A stretch of 64,000 nt of DNA from a virus (lineage: Duplodnaviria; Caudoviricetes). Below the pieces are notes generated by a model, which saw nothing but the letters and a program-made list of their open reading frames with translations, was not told the origin of the DNA and searched no databases. A program made the position numbers and the translations under genes. Positions within the stretch are counted from its first letter, which is position 1. Every line of letters starts with the position of its first letter. Location of the stretch: the IMG/VR virus record IMGVR_UViG_3300032225_000686; one strand, 5' to 3'. Positions 38,964-48,086 of this stretch are shown here, piece after piece.

Positions 38964-39476
38964 ATGTCAATCAAATCATTCGTAAGAGAACCCGATGGAA
39001 ACTTTACAATAAACGGAATTTCCGTATCTCGTTCCATCTTTTGCTCTATGGAACCATCTTATGCTGAAATGGATGGATTGGAGCACATTCGTTATACCGT
39101 AAATGGTCCAAGACGAATCGTGTGCAATGGAAAACACAATTTGATTGATGGTGTTTGGGAAGATGGCGAGAGATACATGGATCGTTTATCTGATTATGTC
39201 GAGGCGGCTGCTTTGGTTGAGTCAGAAGCATTCGGAACAAATGAACAGATAAGAAAGTTGGTAGAGATGAACGAAACACCAAGAGGAAAGAGAAGGAAAG
39301 AATACCCTCCGATAGAAGACTTGGTGATTGCTCTTTGGGAAAATCTAATAGAAAAGAAGAGCAAAAAAGAATCAGGCGTTGAGCAGATTCAAAAGTTAAG
39401 AAAAGCCGTCAAGGCTAAATACCCAACGGAGAACCAAGAAAATGCCGTCAATACGGACGAGGAAGAAACTAATTGA
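38964..39476 (+). CDS. Hypothetical protein, possible fibre assembly chaperone
   Basis: RRKEYPPIEDLVIALWE...AVKAKYP C-terminal motif, typical of small ORFs beside phage fibre genes. Confidence 0.55.
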   Translation: MSIKSFVREPDGNFTINGISVSRSIFCSMEPSYAEMDGLEHIRYTVNGPRRIVCNGKHNLIDGVWEDGERYMDRLSDYVEAAALVESEAFGTNEQIRKLVEMNETPRGKRRKEYPPIEDLVIALWENLIEKKSKKESGVEQIQKLRKAVKAKYPTENQENAVNTDEEETN

Positions 39477-40263
39477 TTACGCACTACGGGCTTTAGGTGC
39501 GCCCGTTATAGAAGTCAATGTTGATGACGATCAGGTTGAGGATCGCGTCGATGATGCTGTTCGTTTCTTCTCTGAATATCACTTCGATGGAGTTGAGCGA
39601 GTATACCTGAAGTATCAAATTCAACAAGCAGATATTGATAATGGCTACATCAGCATAAAAGCGGATAATCCGGGATTTGTTAATACGGGAGAGACTACTT
39701 TTCAAGTGCAGGAAGAGGGAGTTACCGCTGCTGATATTCTTCTTGAAGATCTAATCACAAGCATAACCAAGATATTCCACATCACAGCACAGTCTGTTGG
39801 TATGTTCGATGTTCGATATCAATACGCTTTGAATGACCTCTATACATTTGGAACTATTGACCTAGTTCAATACGATCTAACACAGCAGTATCTCTCACTC
39901 TTGAGGCAATACCTATCCCCAGAAAAGATGGTAAATTTCAGCCGAGTGAAGAATCAGTTGAGAGTTGATATGGATTGGAAGTTTGTCCAACCGGGTCAGT
40001 ACTTTATCATCGAAGCATACCGTATTCTAGACCCAAGAGTACACACAGAAATCTACGAAGATCGAATGCTCAAAAGATATCTGACATCCTTAATCAAAAA
40101 GCAATGGGGTGTAAATCTGAGCAAGTATAACGGCATCAAGTTGCCGGGTGATATAACATTCAACGGCGAAAAAATCCTGTCCGAGGCTACGGCAGAGATT
40201 GACGCTATAGAGAAAGACCTCATAGCCAAGTACGAGTTGCCAACAGATTTCATGATGGGATAA
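39442..40263 (+). CDS. gp13: Neck protein gp13
   Basis: LIDYALRALGAPVIEVNVDDDQVEDRVDDA, KKQWGVNLSKY.G..LPG, C-terminal DFMMG. Confidence 0.95.
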   Translation: MPSIRTRKKLIDYALRALGAPVIEVNVDDDQVEDRVDDAVRFFSEYHFDGVERVYLKYQIQQADIDNGYISIKADNPGFVNTGETTFQVQEEGVTAADILLEDLITSITKIFHITAQSVGMFDVRYQYALNDLYTFGTIDLVQYDLTQQYLSLLRQYLSPEKMVNFSRVKNQLRVDMDWKFVQPGQYFIIEAYRILDPRVHTEIYEDRMLKRYLTSLIKKQWGVNLSKYNGIKLPGDITFNGEKILSEATAEIDAIEKDLIAKYELPTDFMMG

Positions 40264-40267
40264 CCCC

Positions 40268-41155
40268 GTGGCACTCAACCCATATTTCAATAAGTTCAAG
40301 AATCTACCTGAACAGAATCTAATTGAAGACCTCACTATTGAGGCTATCAAGATTCACGGTATGGAAATGTTTTACTTGCCGAGGGAAATGATTCGCAAGG
40401 ATGACTTCTTTGGCGAAGCACCTTACTCAAGATTCTCAACCTTCAAGATGATTGAAATGTATATGGATACAACTACAGCATTTGAAGGTGGTGATATGTT
40501 CACCAAGTTTGGCTTCGAAATTAGGGACAGCGTGAAATTTACTGTTTCTAGAAAACGATTCAAGAGAGAGACTGGCATGGATAGACCGATGGAAGGAGAC
40601 TTGCTATTCCTGCCTCTGAACAACGGTTTGTTTGAAATCAAGTTCGTAGAACATGAGAATCCTTTCTACCAACTAGGAAAGAGACTAACTTTCCAATTAA
40701 CATGTGAACTGTTCCAATACAGCGAGGAAAAGATGGAAACCGGTATTCCCGAGATAGATGTTGTGGAAGAGGAAGCCGCGTACAGTATCAACCTCACTAT
40801 AGGAGCAACAAATGGAACAGGCACTTTTGGAAAGGGCGATCTCGTATACCAATTCGCAAATGGCTCCCCAACGGGATCTATGGGAGAAGCGAATGCAACA
40901 GCAACCATTCTATCCTATGACACGGCAAGCCCGAACATTCTTGTACTTACTGATATCGTTGGTAGTTGGAGCATCACGGGTGGCACAGGTCAGACACTAT
41001 ATGTGACCAAGAGTGACAATACTTTATATGCGACAGTTTCCGGTATTGGCGATAAGTTTGGAGTCCTTATTGATGAAAACAACAAGGGCATTCAAGACGA
41101 AGCAAATACCTTCCTTGACTTTACTGAAAGCCATCCGTTTGGAGACCCAACCTAA
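40268..41155 (+). CDS. gp14: Neck protein gp14
   Basis: EQNLIEDLTIEAIKIHG, KFGFEIRD, RPMEGDL, FEIKFVEHENPFYQLGK, LDFTESHPFG. Confidence 0.95.
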   Translation: MALNPYFNKFKNLPEQNLIEDLTIEAIKIHGMEMFYLPREMIRKDDFFGEAPYSRFSTFKMIEMYMDTTTAFEGGDMFTKFGFEIRDSVKFTVSRKRFKRETGMDRPMEGDLLFLPLNNGLFEIKFVEHENPFYQLGKRLTFQLTCELFQYSEEKMETGIPEIDVVEEEAAYSINLTIGATNGTGTFGKGDLVYQFANGSPTGSMGEANATATILSYDTASPNILVLTDIVGSWSITGGTGQTLYVTKSDNTLYATVSGIGDKFGVLIDENNKGIQDEANTFLDFTESHPFGDPT

Positions 41156-41928
41156 TGTTGGAACACTTCTACCATCAAACTATCCGTAAAGTTGTTGTAG
41201 CGTTTGGATCACTTTTCAACAACATCTACATCTCTCGTTTAGATGATGCGGGAGATGAGGTAGAGCGTATTAAGGTTCCTATCTCTTATGGGCCGCAGCA
41301 GAAGTTCATACGCAGGCTCGCCCGCATAGGAACAGACTTTGATGCCGCTAAAGTCAAGATTGAGAACTATATTCCTCGTCTATCGTTTGAGATTCAGTCA
41401 CTAACATATGACCCGAATCGTAAACTCAACACAATGAACAGGACTCTCCTGTACAAAGATGCGAGCACACTAAAAACTCGTTATGAGCGTGTGCCATATA
41501 ACTTAGACTTGTCTTTGGGAATAATGACAAAGAACACCGAAGATGCTCTGCAAATTGTAGAGCAGATACTTCCTTACTTCCAACCAGAATACACAATCAC
41601 GATCAAAATGAATGACATGGACCCGAAGGTAAACATACCTATCGTGTTCAAAGCATGTACTATCGGTGAAGGAGATGATGGTTCGTATGGCAACTACGAT
41701 CTACGCAAGTTGACCTATATGACCCTCTCCTTCACCGCACGGGTTTACTTGTATGGACCAATCCGCGAGCAGGGAGTCATCTTGGACACTCAAGTTGGTC
41801 TCCGAGATTCCCTCAAGGGCGGTCTTACTGCTGCAACTATAAATGTATATCCAAACACAGGAATTACAGCAGGTTCATATGTTCCCGCAGGACCGACAGC
41901 ACAGACACAAATAATAGAAAAGGCTTGA
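41155..41928 (+). CDS. gp15: Tail sheath stabiliser gp15
   Basis: FYHQTIRKVVVAFGSLFNNI, KVPISYGPQQKF, PRLSFE, QIVEQILPYFQP. Confidence 0.95.
   Translation: MLEHFYHQTIRKVVVAFGSLFNNIYISRLDDAGDEVERIKVPISYGPQQKFIRRLARIGTDFDAAKVKIENYIPRLSFEIQSLTYDPNRKLNTMNRTLLYKDASTLKTRYERVPYNLDLSLGIMTKNTEDALQIVEQILPYFQPEYTITIKMNDMDPKVNIPIVFKACTIGEGDDGSYGNYDLRKLTYMTLSFTARVYLYGPIREQGVILDTQVGLRDSLKGGLTAATINVYPNTGITAGSYVPAGPTAQTQIIEKA
41307..41330. repeat. GC-rich motif copy
   Basis: CATACGCAGGCTCGCCCGCATAGG. Confidence 0.5.
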
Positions 41929-41941
41929 GGAGGAGTTTGTT

Positions 41942-42415
41942 ATGACTGGACATGAATCACGGGTTGACAACAACCTAGACAAGGTGCTATTGGGTGGACC
42001 CGCAATGCGTAGTACACCCGAGCCTACTATGCTAGTACCAATTCCTATAAAACCACCACCATCAGACAAAGACCACGATAAAGACTATAGCGAGGTCAGA
42101 GATAACCTAAAGCGAGTTATCATACAGTCTGAAAGTGCTATTCAGGGAATCTTGCAGGTAGCCGAAGAAACACAGAACGCCCGTGCATACGAGGTGGCTG
42201 CACAGTTGATTCAGGCTACTCTTGAGGCCAACAACAAACTGATGCACCTGCATAAGCAACTAAAAGAAATCAAGAAAGAAGATGCTGTAAAGCAAACCAA
42301 TGTGACAAACAACAGCATATTTGTTGGCAATACATCAGAACTCTCCAAATTCCTAAAAGCACGAAAAGAATTGGAGAAGGCGGTCAAGCCCGAGGATATT
42401 ATAGATGCCGAGTAA
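41942..42415 (+). CDS. gp16: Terminase small subunit gp16
   Basis: DYSEVRDNL, ARAYEVAAQLI, TNVTNNSIFVGNTSELSKFL. Confidence 0.92.
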   Translation: MTGHESRVDNNLDKVLLGGPAMRSTPEPTMLVPIPIKPPPSDKDHDKDYSEVRDNLKRVIIQSESAIQGILQVAEETQNARAYEVAAQLIQATLEANNKLMHLHKQLKEIKKEDAVKQTNVTNNSIFVGNTSELSKFLKARKELEKAVKPEDIIDAE

Positions 42416-44093
42416 GCAAGGTATAGCCTATCTTGGTAACCCTCTACTAAAGGGTCCGGGTGTCAAGATTGAATACTCCCCCGAGCAGATGGGGGAGTAT
42501 GTCAAGGCATCTGAAGACCTTATCTATTTTACAACCAAGTACTTCTATATCAGAAGTCTAGATCGTGGTCCCATACTGTTTGATCTATATGACTTTCAGA
42601 AAAGGTTCCTAAAAACAGTAAGAGAGAACCGCTTTAATATCTGCAAGTTCCCTCGTCAGACAGGTAAAACATCATGCGTAACTGCTGATGTTTTGCACAT
42701 GACTCAATTCAATGGTGACTACAAAGTTGCCATCCTAGCCAACAAGCAGAAAACGGCTACCGAAATTCTTGACCGTATCAAGTTAGCATATGAGCGTCTA
42801 CCTCTGTGGCTCAAGCAGGGTGTGGTTGAATGGAATAAGACGAGCATCAAGTTTGAGAATGGCTCAAAGATCATAGCATCAGCAACCTCTGCTTCTGCTG
42901 TCCGTGGTGATTCGTTCAACTACATCGTTCTTGACGAGTTCGCATTCGTTCCCAACAACATAGCCGACGAGTTCTTTGCATCGGTATACCCAACCATTTC
43001 ATCAGGCCAAACCTCTAAAGTAATCATCGTATCTACCCCAAAGGGTATGAACATGTACTACAAACTATGGAAGGATGCTATATCAGGCAGAAATCCATAC
43101 AAGGCTATTGAAGTGCATTGGTGGGAAGTCCCCGGCAGAGATGATGCTTGGAAAGAGACCACGAAGAAGGCTTTGGGTTCAGAACGCCTTTGGCTAGCCG
43201 AATATGAGTGTGAATTCTTGGGATCAGAAGACACCCTCATCAAGACCACTAAAATCTCTACCCTCACTTATGAGAATCCGAAAATACAAACCAAGGACGG
43301 ATTGGAACTCTACGAAGAGCCAAAAGAAGGTCACATTTACGCTATGTCTGTGGATACCTGTAGGGCGGTAGGTCTAGATTACCACGCCTTCACAATCATA
43401 GATGTAACTGACATGCCCTACAAAGTCGTGGGCAAATTCAGAAATAACACCATGCCCGTGATGCTTTTGCCTAACATTATCGTATCTGTAGCCAACCGCT
43501 ACAACGAAGCACAGTTGATTGTTGAAATCAACGATACTGGTCAGCAGGTAGCGGACATTATCCATGACGATTTGGAATATGAAAATATCATCAGCATCAG
43601 CATCAAGGGCAAAAAGGGTCAGAAGGCAGGTACATTCGGTTCGGGTAGGGTTCAGTATGGTGTGAAAATGTCTGCACAGGTCAAGAAGACAGGATGCCTA
43701 GTTCTTAAAGAGATGATAGAGGGCGATAAACTGTTTGTGAACGATTTTGACATCGTATCCGAGTTGTCTACCTTTGTGTCTAGCAAAGCGTCCTACGAGG
43801 CTTCAGAGGGCTATAACGACGATCTGGTGGCTACCCTTGTTCTGTTTGCTTGGCTAACCACACAGCCCTACTTCAGAGACTTGGTAAATGCCGACATTCG
43901 TAAGAAACTGATGGAAGACAAACTTAAAAAGTTGGAAGAAGACCTGATGCCGTTTGGTTTCTTGAGTACTGAAATTGACGATGACGGCTCTGCGGAGTTG
44001 GCTAGAGAACCCCAACAAAGAAGAAACCTAAATGATAATGGGTGGCTTTCCGACATAGACACAAAACAGTATAAAGGTCCATACGGTCTTTGA
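42405..44093 (+). CDS. gp17: Terminase large subunit gp17
   Basis: YLGNPLLK, Walker A PRQTGKT, Walker B IVLDEFAF, STPKG, NDDLV. Confidence 0.98.
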   Translation: MPSKQGIAYLGNPLLKGPGVKIEYSPEQMGEYVKASEDLIYFTTKYFYIRSLDRGPILFDLYDFQKRFLKTVRENRFNICKFPRQTGKTSCVTADVLHMTQFNGDYKVAILANKQKTATEILDRIKLAYERLPLWLKQGVVEWNKTSIKFENGSKIIASATSASAVRGDSFNYIVLDEFAFVPNNIADEFFASVYPTISSGQTSKVIIVSTPKGMNMYYKLWKDAISGRNPYKAIEVHWWEVPGRDDAWKETTKKALGSERLWLAEYECEFLGSEDTLIKTTKISTLTYENPKIQTKDGLELYEEPKEGHIYAMSVDTCRAVGLDYHAFTIIDVTDMPYKVVGKFRNNTMPVMLLPNIIVSVANRYNEAQLIVEINDTGQQVADIIHDDLEYENIISISIKGKKGQKAGTFGSGRVQYGVKMSAQVKKTGCLVLKEMIEGDKLFVNDFDIVSELSTFVSSKASYEASEGYNDDLVATLVLFAWLTTQPYFRDLVNADIRKKLMEDKLKKLEEDLMPFGFLSTEIDDDGSAELAREPQQRRNLNDNGWLSDIDTKQYKGPYGL

Positions 44094-44110
44094 CCGGAAA
44101 TAGACCATTT

Positions 44111-44118
44111 CCTAAATA
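44111..44118 (+). promoter_or_regulatory. Late promoter CCTAAATA
   Basis: Upstream of gp18. Confidence 0.75.
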
Positions 44119-44157
44119 TCGTCTGAATCATCAAGCATCCTTCAAGGAGATAGATAG

Positions 44158-45870
44158 ATGGCATTTCAAATCAGCCCCGGCGTAAATGTTTCAGAAAAAG
44201 ACCTCACAACAATCGTTCCCTCTGTTGCAACAACATCAGCAGGTATGGCAGGATTGTTTGAATGGGGTCCAGTAGATCAACCCGTACTCATCAGTAGTGT
44301 TCAGGAATTGGGTGCTCTTTATGGAATGCCCTCTGATGCAAACTACGAGTGGTGGTTCACAGCATATAACTTCCTCAACTATGGCAACAATCTAAAAATC
44401 GTTCGCCATGTAGATAAGGATACTGCAAAGAACTCAACAGCAGGCGGTTTGGCTGGAACTTTCATTAGAAATGTGGAAGAGTCACAGAGCACGCCTCCAA
44501 CAGCAGGAACGGGTACAATCATTGCTCGTTATCCGGGTTCTCTTGGAAATTCTATAACGATTGAAGTATGTGGTGGTCTATCTGCCGCCGCTGCTGGAAA
44601 CAATTGGAACGGTTGGGCATACAAATCATACTTTAGTTCAAAGCCCACCCAATCAGATTACGCATTCCGATCAGGTCTAACCACACAAGATGCTTTCCAT
44701 ATGGTTGTTGTTGACCGTACAGGTCTACTGAGTGGTGCAACAGGAACAGTTCTAGAAAGATATGAATCTCTTTCGACCATTTCTGGTGCTGTAAATCCTG
44801 ATGGAACTCCATCATACTTCAAGAGTAAGATCAATAGCGATTCTCGTTACATCTCATGCTTGGGAGTAACAGGAACCGATAATATGCTAACTTCGTTTGC
44901 AACAAATGGTTCTCTCGGATCAAACGGAGATACCAACATCCTCGGAGTTTCTTACGCTGCATATTCAGGTGGAACGGGAGAATTCGATGGAGTGGCAAGC
45001 ATCTTGGGAACCACAGGTAGTGGTTACGAAATGTTCAAGGATGCAGATCATGTTGATGTTGCTCTACTCTTGGGTGGTCCTCTAGTAGGAAGTAGTGCAA
45101 AGTTGCTAACAGATCTTGCCAAGGCTCGTATGGATTGTGTTGCGTTCGTATCAAGCCCAAACAAGAATCCATCGGCAAGTTCATCAACCAAGATTACAAA
45201 CTGCAAGAATCTTCGTGATTCCGTAGGTAACAACAACTACGCATTCATCGACAGCGGATACAAGTTCATGTATGACCCATTCAACGATGTAAACCGTTGG
45301 GTTCCAATGAACGGAGATACCGCAGGTCTATGTGTAAGAACAGACAACACAAATGATCCTTGGTACTCGCCAGCAGGTTTCAATCGTGGTCAGGTTCGTG
45401 GAACAATCAAGGTTGCATTCAATCCAACCAAGGCTGAAAGAGATGAGATTTACGGCTACGGTATCAACCCAATCGTAACCTTCTCCGGTGAAGGCACAAT
45501 TCTCTTTGGCGATAAGACGGCTCAAACAAGACCATCAGCATTCGACCGTATCAATGTTCGCCGCCTCTTCATCGTTCTTGAGAAGGCAATTGCCAAGGCT
45601 GCTAAGTACAGTCTCTTTGAATTCAACGACGCATTCACAAGAGCACAGTTTAAGGGTCTAGTAGAACCCTTCCTCCGTGATGTTCAGGCTCGCCGTGGTA
45701 TCGTGGACTTCAAGGTTGTATGCGATGAGAAAAACAACACACCACAAGTTATCGACAGCAACCAGTTTGTTGCCGACATCTATGTGAAGCCAAACCGAAG
45801 CATCAACTACATTCAGTTGAACTTTGTTGCTACCAAGACAGGCGTTTCGTTCGAAGAAGTAGGAGCCTGA
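44158..45870 (+). CDS. gp18: Tail sheath protein gp18
   Basis: MAFQISPGVNVSEKDLT, WYSPAGFNRG, SAFDRINVRRLF, KPNRSINYIQLNFVA. Confidence 0.98.
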   Translation: MAFQISPGVNVSEKDLTTIVPSVATTSAGMAGLFEWGPVDQPVLISSVQELGALYGMPSDANYEWWFTAYNFLNYGNNLKIVRHVDKDTAKNSTAGGLAGTFIRNVEESQSTPPTAGTGTIIARYPGSLGNSITIEVCGGLSAAAAGNNWNGWAYKSYFSSKPTQSDYAFRSGLTTQDAFHMVVVDRTGLLSGATGTVLERYESLSTISGAVNPDGTPSYFKSKINSDSRYISCLGVTGTDNMLTSFATNGSLGSNGDTNILGVSYAAYSGGTGEFDGVASILGTTGSGYEMFKDADHVDVALLLGGPLVGSSAKLLTDLAKARMDCVAFVSSPNKNPSASSSTKITNCKNLRDSVGNNNYAFIDSGYKFMYDPFNDVNRWVPMNGDTAGLCVRTDNTNDPWYSPAGFNRGQVRGTIKVAFNPTKAERDEIYGYGINPIVTFSGEGTILFGDKTAQTRPSAFDRINVRRLFIVLEKAIAKAAKYSLFEFNDAFTRAQFKGLVEPFLRDVQARRGIVDFKVVCDEKNNTPQVIDSNQFVADIYVKPNRSINYIQLNFVATKTGVSFEEVGA

Positions 45871-45883
45871 TAGCAGGTTTCCG

Positions 45884-45891
45884 CATAAATA
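45884..45891 (+). promoter_or_regulatory. Late promoter CATAAATA
   Basis: Upstream of gp19, followed by SD AGGAG. Confidence 0.75.
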
Positions 45892-45906
45892 GGCATAGGA
45901 GAACAA

Positions 45907-46539
45907 ATGGCATATAGTCAGTTCAGCATAGACGCTTTCAGAGCGAATCTAATCAACGGTGGTGCGAGAGACAATCTCTATCTTGTTTCGGGTGTATTCC
46001 CCGGAGCAGGCACGGCTGCTATCAATGCTGCTTCTAGCGTAGCAGGAGCACTCTTTGGTGGCGCAGTATCAGGAGCCATCACAAATGTGGCTGCTGCAAT
46101 CGGTTTAGGTAACCCCGGCGCACAGGTATCATTCCTCTGCCGTTCAGCGGGAATTCCTGCCTCAACTTTGGGTCAAGTAGAAGTTAACTACATGGGCAGA
46201 AAGTTGAAGTATGGTGGAGATAGAGAGTTTGCTGATTGGAACCTCAAGTGCTATAACGACGGATCATACTCGCTCCGTAAGGCATTTGAATCTTGGTCAA
46301 ACCTCATCAATTCGTATCAAGGTAATGTTGGTCCAAACAACCTCAACTCATACCTTGCCGATTGGTATGTTCAGCCCTTGACCCGTGAAGGCAACCCAAT
46401 CGCCACCTACAAGATGGTGGGTTGCTGGCCAAAGGATGTTCAGGGATACGAACTCAACTTCGATTCCAAGACAGCAATTTCTGAATTCGGCGTATTGATG
46501 TCATACCAGTACCACGAACTTGTTGACATCACCACCTGA
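45907..46539 (+). CDS. gp19: Tail tube protein gp19
   Basis: GGARDNLY, FLCRSAGIPASTLG, YMGRKLKYGGDREFADW, LRKAFESW. Confidence 0.95.
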   Translation: MAYSQFSIDAFRANLINGGARDNLYLVSGVFPGAGTAAINAASSVAGALFGGAVSGAITNVAAAIGLGNPGAQVSFLCRSAGIPASTLGQVEVNYMGRKLKYGGDREFADWNLKCYNDGSYSLRKAFESWSNLINSYQGNVGPNNLNSYLADWYVQPLTREGNPIATYKMVGCWPKDVQGYELNFDSKTAISEFGVLMSYQYHELVDITT

Positions 46540-46569
46540 TAGTGACCTTTTCAAAAAGGAGTTTACATA

Positions 46570-48075
46570 ATGGAACTCTTCGGCTTAAAAATTGAGCGGT
46601 CGAAGAAGCAGAAGCAAGACTTCAAAGCACTAAAGTCGTTCGTAATTCCAACTACGGACGATGGTGCTATTCCAGTCGAAGCAGGCGGCTTCTATGGTCA
46701 GTATGTTGATCTCGACGGCTCTATACGCAACGATTATGAACTAATAGCAAAGTACCGCGAAATGTCTATGGACCCAATCGCGGAAACTGCTATTGATGAC
46801 ATCATCAACGAATCTGTTGTCTGTGAGGGTAAGCGTTCACCTGTGAAGATATTCTTCACAAGCGATTTAAGTGTATCGGAGAATGTCAAGGACAAGATTC
46901 AAGAAGAGTTCAAGAATGTTCTTCGTCTTATGCAGTTTGAGACTAAAGGATATGAAATCTTCCGTAGATGGTATGTTGACGGCAAGATTTATTTCCACCT
47001 TATAGCAGACGAAGATAAACCCGAAAAGGGAATCTTGGAACTGCGTTTTGTTGATCCTCTGAACATTCAGAAAATCCGAGAGTTCCAAAAAGAGACCCGT
47101 AAAGACGGCACTAAAATCATCACGGGCTATCGGGACTTCTATGTGTACAACAAGGATAATCCCCGTGCCGCAGGTAACTCTACAGGCATCAAAATTAGTG
47201 ATGATGCTATTGCTTTCTGCTCATCGGGTCTGTTTGATAGCCGCTATCGCAGAACAGTAGGCTTCCTTCACAAGGCTATCAAGCCACTAAACCAACTTCG
47301 CATGATGGAAGATGCTGTGGTCATCTACCGTATCTCCCGTGCGCCTGAACGCCGAATCTTTTACATAGATGTCGGTTCGCTACCAAAGACCAAGGCAGAA
47401 CAGTATGTGAAGGACATCATGAACCGCTACCGTAACAAGTTGGTCTATGATGCCAACACGGGCGAGATCAGAGATGACCGCAAGTTCATGAGTATGTTGG
47501 AAGACTATTGGCTACCCCGTCGTGAAGGTAGCAAGGGTACTGAAATCAGCACACTCAGCGGCGCACAGAACCTTGGCGAATTGACCGATGTGGTCTACTT
47601 CCAGAAGAAGTTATACAAGGCTCTAAATGTCCCTGTATCGCGTTTGGAGCAGGATAAGGGCTTCCAACTAGGTAGAGCAGCAGAAATCAGCCGTGACGAG
47701 TTGAAGTTTAACAAATTCGTTGTAAGGCTTCGTAACAAGTTTAGTGAAATGTTCTATGACCTCCTCAAGAAGCAACTCTTGATGAAGAATGTCATAAAGC
47801 CTGATGATTGGGTACATATCAAAGAATGTCTTTTCTTTGACTATTTGAAGGATAGTCACTTCGTAGAACTCAAGAATCAAGAACTACGCAAAGGCATGTA
47901 TGAAGAACTAAATCAAGTAGAAAAATACATAGGTAAGTACTATTCCCACTATTGGGTTAGGACTCAAGTCTTGGGTATGAGCGAAGGTCAGATCAAAGAA
48001 ATGGATAAGCAAATCACGGTTGAACGCAACAGGGGCATGTATGCACCGGATAACACAGCATTCGGTCTACAATAA
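46570..48075 (+). CDS. gp20: Portal protein gp20
   Basis: FRRWYVDG, LHKAIKPLNQLRMMEDAVVIYRISRAPERRIFYIDVG, EDYWLPRREG. Confidence 0.98.
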   Translation: MELFGLKIERSKKQKQDFKALKSFVIPTTDDGAIPVEAGGFYGQYVDLDGSIRNDYELIAKYREMSMDPIAETAIDDIINESVVCEGKRSPVKIFFTSDLSVSENVKDKIQEEFKNVLRLMQFETKGYEIFRRWYVDGKIYFHLIADEDKPEKGILELRFVDPLNIQKIREFQKETRKDGTKIITGYRDFYVYNKDNPRAAGNSTGIKISDDAIAFCSSGLFDSRYRRTVGFLHKAIKPLNQLRMMEDAVVIYRISRAPERRIFYIDVGSLPKTKAEQYVKDIMNRYRNKLVYDANTGEIRDDRKFMSMLEDYWLPRREGSKGTEISTLSGAQNLGELTDVVYFQKKLYKALNVPVSRLEQDKGFQLGRAAEISRDELKFNKFVVRLRNKFSEMFYDLLKKQLLMKNVIKPDDWVHIKECLFFDYLKDSHFVELKNQELRKGMYEELNQVEKYIGKYYSHYWVRTQVLGMSEGQIKEMDKQITVERNRGMYAPDNTAFGLQ

Positions 48076-48086
48076 CGGAGACAAAA

